From Gammaproteobacteria bacterium (lineage in GTDB: Bacteria; Pseudomonadota; Gammaproteobacteria; Natronospirales; JAJUFS01): a stretch of 64,000 nt of DNA. The notes under the pieces were generated by a model. The model was not told the DNA's origin. It worked only from the letters and a program-made list of their open reading frames with translations, and ran no database searches. The DNA lies in contig JAWWBS010000003.1 of assembly GCA_033720895.1 (NCBI GenBank), positions 3,791 to 67,790 on the forward strand, given 5' to 3'. A program made the position numbers and the translations under genes. Below are positions 19,816-29,042 of the stretch, piece after piece (positions within the stretch are counted from its first letter, which is position 1; the number at the start of each line of letters is the position of its first letter).

Positions 19816-20922
19816 TCACGCCGGCAAGGCAGGCCCCAGGTCGCCCCAGCTGAGCATGGTGCCGCAGTCATCGGTCTCGAAAAGGTCGATCCGATCCATC
19901 GCCGGCAGGGCTTCCTGCGTCTGCTGGCGCATCCACCGCAACACGGCCCGCGGCGTCGGCGACCCCATACCTTCCAGGTCGTTCAGGAGGTGATGGTCCA
20001 GCTGGCGATAGGCCGGCTCGAACGCGGTCTTCACATCGCCGTAATCAACGGTCCAGCCGAGCACGTCATCCAGTGGTGCGTTGAGATGCAGACGCACCAG
20101 GTAGCTGTGCCCATGCAGAGCGGAACGCTGGTCGTCCTTCGGCAGGTCCAGCCGCAACGCGCTTTCGAAGCGCCGCTCCTTCCAGATTCGGTAGTGCATG
20201 CCATCGTAATGCGCTCCCGCCGTCCGGGTTTCGTAGACCGTCACCCAGGAGAGCGTTGCCAGCTGCGGCTTCAGGCGCTGCCAGAGCCACTGGCACAGCA
20301 TTTCGCTGGTCGGATTCTCGAGGCCTTCGATATCGTTCAGGCAGGCGTGATCCAGTTGCTGCTGCAAGGGCTGCCATGCGCGCTCCAGCTGCTCGTAACG
20401 CGTGGCCAGGGCGGCCTCGTCGGCCAGGCTGACATTGGCGTGCAGAATCACGACAAAGCCATGACCGTGCATGCGACCACACTGGTGACCGGGCGCCACG
20501 TTGGGCAACTGGTGAGCGGCTTCGAACTGGAAACGTCGCCACACATGAGCCTCGCCGCGATCATCGAGATCCACACCCTGCTGCCGCGTGCTGGCAATGC
20601 CCACTTGCCGGATCCCGGGCAGGTCCAGTTCCCCGGCCAGGCGATCTCGCAACCAGCGGGCAAGGTTTTCGTCCGTGGGCAGTTCGACCAGGTCATTCAG
20701 GTAACGGTAATCCAGCGGGCGCACGCCATCCGCCAGGGCGGCTTGCAAGCTGTTGGCCTCGCAACCCTCGACGCCACCGTAGCCCGAGGGCAAGGCCGCG
20801 CGAACTCGCGCGCGAAAGGAGTGTCCATGCAACCTGCGCGCGGGCGCATCCGCTTCGAGCACCGGCACATCGCGAGCCGCCTCGAAATCCGCCGCCGCCT
20901 GCATCAACCACTTGTCACTCAC
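19816..20922 (-). CDS. triple T-fold fusion protein of the 6-carboxytetrahydropterin synthase (QueD/PTPS) family
   Basis: 368 aa with three roughly 120-aa PTPS-like units, each containing HGH and L(D/N)xxxLND(I/L/V). The middle unit is QueD-like throughout (FEAAHQLPNVAPGHQCGRMHGHGF...LDHACLNDIEGLENPTSE). Units 1 and 3 lack the Cys and the FEAAH His. Confidence 0.8.
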   Translation of the reverse strand: MSDKWLMQAAADFEAARDVPVLEADAPARRLHGHSFRARVRAALPSGYGGVEGCEANSLQAALADGVRPLDYRYLNDLVELPTDENLARWLRDRLAGELDLPGIRQVGIASTRQQGVDLDDRGEAHVWRRFQFEAAHQLPNVAPGHQCGRMHGHGFVVILHANVSLADEAALATRYEQLERAWQPLQQQLDHACLNDIEGLENPTSEMLCQWLWQRLKPQLATLSWVTVYETRTAGAHYDGMHYRIWKERRFESALRLDLPKDDQRSALHGHSYLVRLHLNAPLDDVLGWTVDYGDVKTAFEPAYRQLDHHLLNDLEGMGSPTPRAVLRWMRQQTQEALPAMDRIDLFETDDCGTMLSWGDLGPALPA

Positions 20923-21041
20923 TGAAATCGCCTCCGATGGGCCGACAATGACAGTGGCAAACCGTCATGTATCGGAAAAACTTCTACAATGTTAGTCTCG
21001 AAATGATCAAGCCGTAACGCCTAGCTGCGTTGGGAGGCAGC

Positions 21042-21221
21042 ATGCACACCAGCCAGGATTTTCCGGTCGTTCCTCATGCCGAAAAGGTTCGGCGGTGGAA
21101 ATATGTCGCCCTGTCCCTCAATCACCGCTGCAGGTCCTGTCACAACCTGGTCGTATTCGACGAGCGCCAGCACTACTTCACCACCGGCAATTGCCAGCGC
21201 TGCACCCGACAACCCTATTGA
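21042..21221 (+). CDS. hypothetical small zinc-ribbon protein (59 aa)
   Basis: The ATG at 21042 is preceded by GGGAGG 6 nt upstream. The sequence is MHTSQDFPVVPHAEKVRRWKYVALSLNHRCRSCHNLVVFDERQHYFTTGNCQRCTRQPY, with CxxC...CxxC. I recognise no family. Confidence 0.4.
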   Translation: MHTSQDFPVVPHAEKVRRWKYVALSLNHRCRSCHNLVVFDERQHYFTTGNCQRCTRQPY

Positions 21222-21237
21222 GCACACCCGGAACGGA

Positions 21238-22215
21238 TCAGCCCGTAATGGCCTGGTAAGGCAGGTAGACGACGGCCGCCAGCAAGGCGATCACCAGCAG
21301 CAAGGCCACCAGGTTGATGACATTCTTGATCAGCTTGTACAGGGGACGGTTGGTCTTCTTCAGCTGCTTACCCTTCTCCAGCATCGGCGCCACTCCGCTG
21401 AACAAGGCATTGATGCCGCCCGCACGGTCGGAACTGTCGTTCGGAACGATCGTCAGGCGCATGAACTGGCAGTAAACCCAATTGACCAGCCTGCCAAACA
21501 GGTTCATGGGCCGGGCCACGTCACACATCAGGATCAGGCGGTACTGATCGGTTTCGTTCGCAGCGTGGTGAACATAGGTTTCGTCGAAGAGGAAAGCCTC
21601 GCCGTCCCGCCACGAGTACTTCTGGCCGTCGACTTCGATCCAGCAATCATCCGAATTGGGCGTTGCCAGGCCCAGGTGGTAGCGCAAGGAGCAGGCAAAG
21701 GGGTCGGAATGCCGACGCAGCTTGCCGCCGGGCGGCAGCAAGGTGAACAAGGCGCCCTTCACCGAGGATATCCCCTCCAGCAACTCCACCGTCCGCGGGC
21801 AGCTGCGCTGGCCGGAATGATGGGTATAGCCGTACCACTTCAAGTAGTACTTGCTCCAGCCGCTTTTGAAGAACGTGTGAAAACCGACGTCGTAGTAACC
21901 CTCGTTGCCCGGCGTCTTGATGCGATCGAATTCCTGATTCTCGTAAAGGCCCAGTGCTTCGGAACGGATGGTTTCCCAGTTGTCCCGGATGACGGCCAGC
22001 TCCGGGAAGTCTTCCAGCGAGGGCAAGGGTCTGGCCGCCCGGCGCTCGGTCGCCATGTACAGCAGGCAGTTCAGTGGTGCGAACATGGGCCAGCATTTTC
22101 GCAGGTAGGGCTTCAGGCTGGGATGGCGGTACTCGCCCCGGAACGCGTAGACGTAGGTCATCGACGCCAGCGCGAACGCAAGCAGCAGCAGCGCAATAAT
22201 GACTACGGATGTCAT
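21238..22215 (-). CDS. lpxO: aspartyl/asparaginyl beta-hydroxylase family protein (LpxO-like lipid A hydroxylase)
   Basis: 325 aa with N- and C-terminal TM helices. The Fe/2-OG dioxygenase core reads LLPPGGKLRRHSDPFACSLRYHLGLATPNSDDCWIEVDGQKYSWRDGEAFLFDETYVHHAANET. The gene symbol is tentative. Confidence 0.75.
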   Translation of the reverse strand: MTSVVIIALLLLAFALASMTYVYAFRGEYRHPSLKPYLRKCWPMFAPLNCLLYMATERRAARPLPSLEDFPELAVIRDNWETIRSEALGLYENQEFDRIKTPGNEGYYDVGFHTFFKSGWSKYYLKWYGYTHHSGQRSCPRTVELLEGISSVKGALFTLLPPGGKLRRHSDPFACSLRYHLGLATPNSDDCWIEVDGQKYSWRDGEAFLFDETYVHHAANETDQYRLILMCDVARPMNLFGRLVNWVYCQFMRLTIVPNDSSDRAGGINALFSGVAPMLEKGKQLKKTNRPLYKLIKNVINLVALLLVIALLAAVVYLPYQAITG

Positions 22216-22307
22216 CTGGAAATCCCCACTGACTGGATTCGAACCGGGAGTCTAACCCAGATGGTGCAGTGTGCCGAAATCCTGGCGGCCACGACGGCAG
22301 GCGGGCT

Positions 22308-25256
22308 TCAGCCCCCGTCGGACACGCGGACGCAGTTTCGCCCGTCGGATTTCGCCTGATAGAGGGCCTTGTCAGCCCGTGCGACCAGATCCGTCGGCAT
22401 GAGGCGACCGTTGGGAAGAGTGGTTGCCACCCCTACCGAGATGGTTGCCCCGAGACTGGTCGACTCCACCTTTTCACGCATGGCCTCGGCCAGCTGGACC
22501 GCCGCATCCTCTCTCGCACCGGGCAGGATGACGAGAAACTCCTCGCCACCATAACGAGCGACCAGGTCTTCGGCACGCCTGAGGCTTTGCGACAACATGC
22601 GGGCCAGGCGCTTCAGCAAGGCATCACCCTGCACATGACCGAAACGGTCGTTGAACCGCTTGAAGTGATCCACGTCGATGACCAGCAGGGAGAGATGACG
22701 CTCGTTATCGCGACACTGGCGCCAGACTTCATCGAGGTACTCGTCGAGCCGTCGCCGATTCGGGATCTCCGTCAAGCCATCGAGGTGGGCCATCTCGCTG
22801 AGCTGCCGGTTGGCTGACTCGAGCTCCCGGGTTCGAATGGTGACCTGCTCCTCCAGGCGCTGCGTTTCCTCGCGCAACCGCGCAAGCCTTTGCTGGGTCC
22901 AGACGCGCGCCATCCAGGCCACGCTCAGGACGCCGAGCAGCACCCAGATCACGATGGCGAACGGGGTCTGGTACCAGCTCGGGAGAACCACGAAGCGGAA
23001 CGGCGGCGCCTCCGAGATCCTGCCCTCGCTGTCCCGGCTCCTGAGCACCAGCGAGTACTCTCCCGGACGCATCCGGTAATAGGTGAAGGTGCTGGACGTC
23101 GTCCAGTTGGAGAATGAACCTTCGAGGCCGATCATGCGTGCCGAATAATAGACGGGCTCGCTGCTCTGAATGTCGGGCAAGGCGTAGTCGAAATGGATGG
23201 TTGCCGAATCACTCTCGAACTGGTGGACAATCTCGGGGTCCAGGGGCAGCGGCCGGCGGCTGTCGTCGGGAAGAATCTGTTCAATGGCCGTGAACCGGAC
23301 GTCGACTCGCGGGCGTGCAGGCAAGCCGGACACGGCATGAAACAGGATCTTGCTGCCAGCCACCAGCGCGACATCGCCGTTAATGGTACGGGCGATGCTG
23401 GCAAGGCCGCTGCGCGTCGAAACATTGACGGTTTCTTCGTGCCAGCTCGCCTCATCAGGATAACGGTGATAGACATTGCGATGATCGATGGCCCAGTACT
23501 CGCCATCATCGGCGCGACCCAGGCGCAGCAGCGCATTGTCGGCACGCAGGGAATCGAGCCCTTCGAGATCGGTGCGCTCGAAACGATCGGCATCGGAATA
23601 CAGGAAGAAACCTTCACTCGTACTGACCAGTACGCGCTCTTTGTCCTGGAAGAGCCAGGCTGACGGGGGCGATCCATAGGCCAGGCCCTCGGCTTGGCCA
23701 AGCTCGAGAATGTCCGGCGATTCAGCGTCCTGCCCTGCCACATCGAACCTGATGACACCGCCGCGCGTGGTCCCCAGGAGCAGTTTCCCGGGCGCCAGTT
23801 CGACCAGTGAAAAAACGCCTGGCGAGTTCGCCAGCTCATGGCGCCAGAGCTGCGTGATGCTTGTTCCGTCGACCCTGACGGCTGCGAGACCCAGCTCCGT
23901 GCCGACGTAGACCAGGCCGGGGTCGAAGCGGGAAGCCTGTAACAGGCGCGGATAGAAAGTACCCTCGCCCAGGTTGGACAGCCGTCGCCCGTTGTCATCA
24001 ATCATCAACAACTCGTAGGAATTTGCCAGCAATGCACGCTGGTCATCCAGCGGCAACAGATCCCAGCTGGCATGACCGTCCGTCCAGTCCAAGGCGACCA
24101 GCTCGACCTCGCCATGGCTGGCAGCGACATCGAGACGCGAGACGCCAGCAGTGGTCAGCACGTAGTAGGCATCCCCCCAGGCGCGCAAGCCCTGCATGCT
24201 GCTCGCCACACCCATGCTCTCGTCCACGATCATCCAGTGCGTCGGCCACGGCACGTGCATGATCGAGTCCATGCCACTGATAAGCACACCGGTGTCCGTT
24301 GCAACGATCCCCGAAAGGTAGCCGGTGTCGATGACGAACCGGCTCCATTCGCGAGTCGCAACATCAAGGATGAATAGTTCGCCATTCGGCGTCACCAGGG
24401 CCAGCGTGCCATCCGGCAAGCGCGTGCCGCCGCTGAAATACGAGGAGGGTGGAAAGTTCTCGGGCATGCTGACGTCGACCAGCGCACCGTCGCGAAGAAT
24501 GTGCCAGCCGCCGTCACGCTGCAGGCTCAACAGGCCGTCGTCGCCCACGGGAAACCAGCGGGATACCAGGTGTGACAGCGACTGCGTATCCGGCATGGGC
24601 TGCCATTCACCGGCCACGAGCTTTCGCAGGCCTTCCTGCCGGAACTGCAGCACCAGGTCACCATCGACCTCTGCCAGCGCCCCGAACCTTCCCTCGTGAT
24701 ACCAGCTGCGGGCCTCGCCGCTGCTGCTGTTCCATGCGAAGACGTGGTTGAGTGCCCGGAAATAGACCGTATCGCCCTGCACGACGACATCCCAGATATC
24801 GGCAAAACCCTCAGGAGGAATCTGCTCGCCGAATGCGGTCAACAGCTCGCGGAATTCATGCCCACCCGTCGCGCTTGGCCTGAGGTAGCCAAACAGGTTG
24901 TAGCCACCCACGTAAATGCGCTTTTCGCCATGGTGTTCGACCACCGGACTGAGGCTGCGAACAATGTCGTTGTTCGGCAAGGCCAGTTCCTTCCAGCGCT
25001 CGCCATCGAAAACCAGCACGCCGCCATAAGATCCGACCAGGACTTCATCATGGAAGCCGGTGGTGATATCGAAAGTCTGCGGGTAAACATCGATGTCCGG
25101 AACGAAGCGCGCCACCGGCGGCGTGCCTGGTGGCAATGATCCTGCGGGAGACGAGGCAATGGCCGACGGCAGCCACAGCGGGGCGAGCAGCAGAAGGCCA
25201 GCTGCTGGAAATACACGGGCGGCACATGCCGCAATGCTGCGCAACCGCTCGCGCAT
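22308..25256 (-). CDS. periplasmic beta-propeller / Y_Y_Y sensor diguanylate cyclase
   Basis: 982 aa with a signal peptide. A Y_Y_Y-like motif YYSARMIGLEGSFSNW...YYRMRPGEYSLVLRS is followed by a TM segment and a coiled coil. The GGDEF domain has an intact I-site and A-site (RRAEDLVARYGGEEF). Confidence 0.88.
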   Translation of the reverse strand: MRERLRSIAACAARVFPAAGLLLLAPLWLPSAIASSPAGSLPPGTPPVARFVPDIDVYPQTFDITTGFHDEVLVGSYGGVLVFDGERWKELALPNNDIVRSLSPVVEHHGEKRIYVGGYNLFGYLRPSATGGHEFRELLTAFGEQIPPEGFADIWDVVVQGDTVYFRALNHVFAWNSSSGEARSWYHEGRFGALAEVDGDLVLQFRQEGLRKLVAGEWQPMPDTQSLSHLVSRWFPVGDDGLLSLQRDGGWHILRDGALVDVSMPENFPPSSYFSGGTRLPDGTLALVTPNGELFILDVATREWSRFVIDTGYLSGIVATDTGVLISGMDSIMHVPWPTHWMIVDESMGVASSMQGLRAWGDAYYVLTTAGVSRLDVAASHGEVELVALDWTDGHASWDLLPLDDQRALLANSYELLMIDDNGRRLSNLGEGTFYPRLLQASRFDPGLVYVGTELGLAAVRVDGTSITQLWRHELANSPGVFSLVELAPGKLLLGTTRGGVIRFDVAGQDAESPDILELGQAEGLAYGSPPSAWLFQDKERVLVSTSEGFFLYSDADRFERTDLEGLDSLRADNALLRLGRADDGEYWAIDHRNVYHRYPDEASWHEETVNVSTRSGLASIARTINGDVALVAGSKILFHAVSGLPARPRVDVRFTAIEQILPDDSRRPLPLDPEIVHQFESDSATIHFDYALPDIQSSEPVYYSARMIGLEGSFSNWTTSSTFTYYRMRPGEYSLVLRSRDSEGRISEAPPFRFVVLPSWYQTPFAIVIWVLLGVLSVAWMARVWTQQRLARLREETQRLEEQVTIRTRELESANRQLSEMAHLDGLTEIPNRRRLDEYLDEVWRQCRDNERHLSLLVIDVDHFKRFNDRFGHVQGDALLKRLARMLSQSLRRAEDLVARYGGEEFLVILPGAREDAAVQLAEAMREKVESTSLGATISVGVATTLPNGRLMPTDLVARADKALYQAKSDGRNCVRVSDGG

Positions 25257-25374
25257 GGCTTCCCCCCTAGGCGGTCATGATTCGACACTAAAACGCGCGT
25301 CGAGAAGACACCGTCAGCAAATGCTGTTTTTCTGTCCGCCAGACTAGGGAATTCAAGACCTCGCCTGCGACGCC

Positions 25375-26664
25375 TTACTCCTGCTCATCCATGTCCTTGC
25401 CCGTCAGTCCTTCCAGCGACAGCAATTCGCTGGCCTTGTCCTGGTCAAGGCTTTCCACATCCTTCAACTTGCGATCCATGGCGCGGGTGCGTGTCTCGGC
25501 GCTCTCGATGGTATTCGAGACGGTACCAATCTGTTTCTTGATCTTCGCCAGCACGTCACCGAACTTGCCGAACTCTGTCTTTACCCCGGCCAGCACTTCC
25601 CAGACCTCGCTGGAACGTTTCTCGATTGCCAGCGTACGGAACCCCATGCGGAGGCTGGACAGGATGGCCGACAGCGTCGTCGGCCCCGCAACCACCACTC
25701 GATGCGTGGTCAGTAGCTCGTCCATCAGGGCCTGCTGCCGGATGACTTCGGCATAAAGGCCTTCCGTCGGCAGGAACAGGATGCCGAAATCAGTGGTGTG
25801 CGGCGGGTGAACGTACTTCTCCTTGATCTTCTTCGCTTCGTCGCGAATCGAGAGCTGCAGGCTCTTCATGGCGCGATCCACTTCCTCCTGGTCGGCCCGC
25901 TCGGATGCATCCAGCAAGCGCTGGTAATCTTCCTGCGGAAACTTGCTGTCGATCGGCAGGTAGATGCTCTTGTCGCTCTTGCCCTGCCCTGGCAGCTTGA
26001 TCGCGAACTCGACAATGTCGTTCGTGTCAGGCTTCACCTTGACGTTTCGTTCGTATTGCTCGGCTGTAAGCAGCTGTTCAAGAATGGCCGACAGCTGCAC
26101 CTCGCCCCAGGTGCCGCGCACCTTGACGTTGGTCAGCACCCGCTGCAGGCCACCGACATCGCTCGCCAGCGTCTGCATCTCGCCGAGGCCACGTTGCACC
26201 GCCTCGAGGTTCTCGCTGACGCGCTTGAAGGATTCGCCAATGCGCTTCTCCAGTGTCGACTGCAGTTTTTCCTCGACCACTTCGCGCATCTGGTCCAGCT
26301 TCTTCTCGTTGTTCGAACTCAAGGCATCGAGGCGCTTCTCCAGGGTCTCCTGCACCTTGCCCATTCGCCGTTCATTGGCCTCGGTCAATTCCTTGACCTG
26401 CGCACGAACCTCCGCCAGTGCCTGCTTCTGTGCATCCGCTGATTCCTTGCTGGCCCTGGCGAGCCGCTCACCGAGCCGCTCCAGGTTGCTGACCAGCTCT
26501 TCGCGCAAGGCCCGTTCCGCGTCGCGCGCCTCGGATCGCATGAGCTGCAACTCCTCGCGAACGCTGTCGACCACGGGCGTGGGATCCAGTGACGACTTGC
26601 GGAACAGAAGGATTCCGACGGCGACAAGCAAAAGTGCTTCTATGACAAGAACGGCGATAAGCAA
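25375..26664 (-). CDS. rmuC: DNA recombination protein RmuC
   Basis: 429 aa with an N-terminal TM segment, a long coiled coil and the RmuC C-terminal nuclease-like core (DFGILFLPTEGLYAE, VVVAGPTTLSAILSSL). Confidence 0.88.
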   Translation of the reverse strand: MLIAVLVIEALLLVAVGILLFRKSSLDPTPVVDSVREELQLMRSEARDAERALREELVSNLERLGERLARASKESADAQKQALAEVRAQVKELTEANERRMGKVQETLEKRLDALSSNNEKKLDQMREVVEEKLQSTLEKRIGESFKRVSENLEAVQRGLGEMQTLASDVGGLQRVLTNVKVRGTWGEVQLSAILEQLLTAEQYERNVKVKPDTNDIVEFAIKLPGQGKSDKSIYLPIDSKFPQEDYQRLLDASERADQEEVDRAMKSLQLSIRDEAKKIKEKYVHPPHTTDFGILFLPTEGLYAEVIRQQALMDELLTTHRVVVAGPTTLSAILSSLRMGFRTLAIEKRSSEVWEVLAGVKTEFGKFGDVLAKIKKQIGTVSNTIESAETRTRAMDRKLKDVESLDQDKASELLSLEGLTGKDMDEQE

Positions 26665-26877
26665 CGTATTTCCCTCCAGGAACTGCCAGGCTGTGCAGAC
26701 CTGTGCAGTCTACTAGCTGGGCAGGGGAAATGTACCGTCACTGGCGACAGCCATTCTCACCGCTGGCCCCGACTGCACTTGCATCGTCCCGGCGGAAGCT
26801 TGATATTGGCTGTCCTGCGGCTTTTTACCAGATGCAGCCCGCTGTAACGGCAGAAGAACTGCCAAGGATCGACTTCA

Positions 26878-27462
26878 ATGCCATTCTTTCCGGCGCGTGA
26901 CACCGCCATTGGCTCCGTCCTGACCCTCCTGGCTTTCGCGGTACTGTGGATCATCACCTACTCCGCCAACACCCTGCTCGATCCCCTGTTTTTCAAACAG
27001 GTCGGGGTGAGCTGGCTGTTCATTCCCGCCGGTATCCGGCTGCTCGCTGTGATCGTGGGGCGGTGGCAAGGCGCCCTCGGCATCATGCTGGGCACGCTGG
27101 CGACAAACCTCTACCTGTTCAGCGACCCCTATTTCATCTACGGTGCTGCGCTGTTGAGCGGCCTGGGGCCCTTGCTGGTGCTCTACCTGCTGGAATTGCG
27201 GCCCGGTTTCCGTGACAACCTGGTATTTCTTTCCATCCCGAACCTGATCGCCCTGTGCATGATGTTCGCCGCCATCAACGTGGCCCTGACGCAGGTATTC
27301 TTCCTGGCTATCGGCATTACCGATCCACTGGCTTTTGCCGGAGCTGCCACGGCAATGTTCGTGGGCGACTTCAGCGGATCGGTCCTTGTCATGGTGCTGG
27401 TATTTCCAGTGGCCCGGAAGTTCGGGCTGTTGAAGCATCCGCCCGAGCCGGAATCCGACTGA
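26878..27462 (+). CDS. hypothetical polytopic inner-membrane protein
   Basis: 194 aa with about 6 hydrophobic helices. I recognise no family. Confidence 0.55.
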   Translation: MPFFPARDTAIGSVLTLLAFAVLWIITYSANTLLDPLFFKQVGVSWLFIPAGIRLLAVIVGRWQGALGIMLGTLATNLYLFSDPYFIYGAALLSGLGPLLVLYLLELRPGFRDNLVFLSIPNLIALCMMFAAINVALTQVFFLAIGITDPLAFAGAATAMFVGDFSGSVLVMVLVFPVARKFGLLKHPPEPESD

Positions 27463-27568
27463 CCGGCCTTCGACCAGCGGACAGTCCGGACGGCTTGATG
27501 CGGATCAAGGTGCTCGCAAAGGCCTGGCAGTAGGCTCCCTCCAGTCACTGGAGAATGGGAGACCGGAC

Positions 27569-28009
27569 ATGCAATCACTGCCGCATACCTATACCGCTGC
27601 CGCATACGGACACCCGGCGGGCGTGATCCCCATCAGCAGCAAGGACCTGGACCCCATCAAGACCCAGGCGCCGCCCGAGTTTGGCGGACCTGATGGCTTC
27701 TGGTCACCAGAAACCCTTCTGACAGCAATCGTCGCCAACTGCCTGATCCTGACCTTCCGGGCGGTGAGTCGGGCGGCGAGATTCGATTGGGAAGACCTTG
27801 ACGTGAAGGTGGACGGCACCCTGGAGAAAACTCCGGAAGGCCTGCGCTTTACGGAGTTCTTCATCAAGGCGGAATTGACCATCGAGGACGAGGCGGAAGC
27901 GACGCAGGCAGAGACCTTGCTCCTGAAAGCCAAGCAACAATGCCTGCTGACCGCCTCTCTGAACGGCGAGGTCAGCCTGGATACAAAGATCAGAACTGCC
28001 GTGGCCTGA
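27569..28009 (+). CDS. OsmC/Ohr family peroxiredoxin-like protein
   Basis: 146 aa. PEFGGPDGFWSPETLLTAIVANCLILTF and KQQCLLTASL give the two conserved Cys contexts of the OsmC family. Confidence 0.75.
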   Translation: MQSLPHTYTAAAYGHPAGVIPISSKDLDPIKTQAPPEFGGPDGFWSPETLLTAIVANCLILTFRAVSRAARFDWEDLDVKVDGTLEKTPEGLRFTEFFIKAELTIEDEAEATQAETLLLKAKQQCLLTASLNGEVSLDTKIRTAVA

Positions 28010-28126
28010 GAAGCGCGGATTCTGCCTGCTTGCGCCTGTTTCTGGTGCCGCCTGTCGCGGAGAACTTCATGACCGGCGGCATGACCGTGGTGCTCAGGCG
28101 TTGATCACGTGCCTCTCTCGGACCCG

Positions 28127-28840
28127 TCAGACCCGCTCTGCCATCGAGAGAGTATTCAGCAGGCAATGTGCGAAGACCAGCGGCCACAGGTTTCGACCAA
28201 AGGCGACATAGCCGATCCCCATCGCCAGGCCGATCAAGCCGACCGTGATCGATCGCTCCGACAAGTCCTGGGAATGTCGGAAACCGAAAATCATCGCCTG
28301 CAGCAGGACAGCAATGATCGTCGCCACCCAGGTACTGGATAGCGCGCGTTCAATCCAGTTGATCAGGAACCCGCGATCCAGCAACTCCTCCAGCATGGAT
28401 TGCAGCCAGACAAAGGGAATGATCATGAAGAACATTGCCCAGTTGCCGGACAAGTCGCCGAACTTGGATACCGCCTCCTCGCCCGATGCATCCGGAGCAA
28501 CATCGAGCCCCAGCTGATCTTTCAGCACCTGGAAAACGATGATCGAGCCAATTGCAAAGGCGAAAATGAACACCGTCGCCATAACGCTCTGCTTGAAACT
28601 GCTCGGCATCCGCAGGCCGAGATCCTTCCAGAAGACCTTCCGAAAGCGCATCAAGAGACACGCCACAAGCAGCGTGGAAAGCGACCAGAGCAAACCATTG
28701 GCAATGAAGTGGAGCTCGGAGAAATACAGTTCCCGAACCAGGAACATGATCGAGATGTAGATCACGAGGTCCAGCAGGAAAACGCGTGGTGATGCATCCT
28801 GTCCGTTGGCCGCGGCCAGTCCCTTGGTACCTGGATTCAT
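28127..28840 (-). CDS. CPBP (CAAX/Abi) family intramembrane metalloprotease
   Basis: 237 aa, polytopic, with CPBP motifs EELLDRGF and FGFRHS followed by a later H. Confidence 0.75.
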   Translation of the reverse strand: MNPGTKGLAAANGQDASPRVFLLDLVIYISIMFLVRELYFSELHFIANGLLWSLSTLLVACLLMRFRKVFWKDLGLRMPSSFKQSVMATVFIFAFAIGSIIVFQVLKDQLGLDVAPDASGEEAVSKFGDLSGNWAMFFMIIPFVWLQSMLEELLDRGFLINWIERALSSTWVATIIAVLLQAMIFGFRHSQDLSERSITVGLIGLAMGIGYVAFGRNLWPLVFAHCLLNTLSMAERV

Positions 28841-28994
28841 TTGTATTTCCCTATACCGTCTGTCGAGCGAATTGCCGATTCATTCGGGCAAGGCGGATGC
28901 TGCTTGCAGGCAGCTTAACGAATTCGAAGGCAAAAAGAACAAACCAGCGGAAATGATGGCCGACGCTCCGGACGGCCTCGGCTGGAATCACCGG

Positions 28995-29032
28995 CTGAAA
29001 ACGAAGAAGCCTCGGCTTTCGCCGAGGCTTCT
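28995..29032 (-). terminator. stranded original tRNA-Pro rho-independent terminator
   Basis: A 12-bp perfect stem AGAAGCCTCGGC/GCCGAGGCTTCT (29005..29032) is followed on the minus strand by TTCGTTTTC. It lies about 10 nt 3' of the tRNA-Pro 3' fragment. Confidence 0.6.
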
Positions 29033-29042
29033 CGATGATGTC

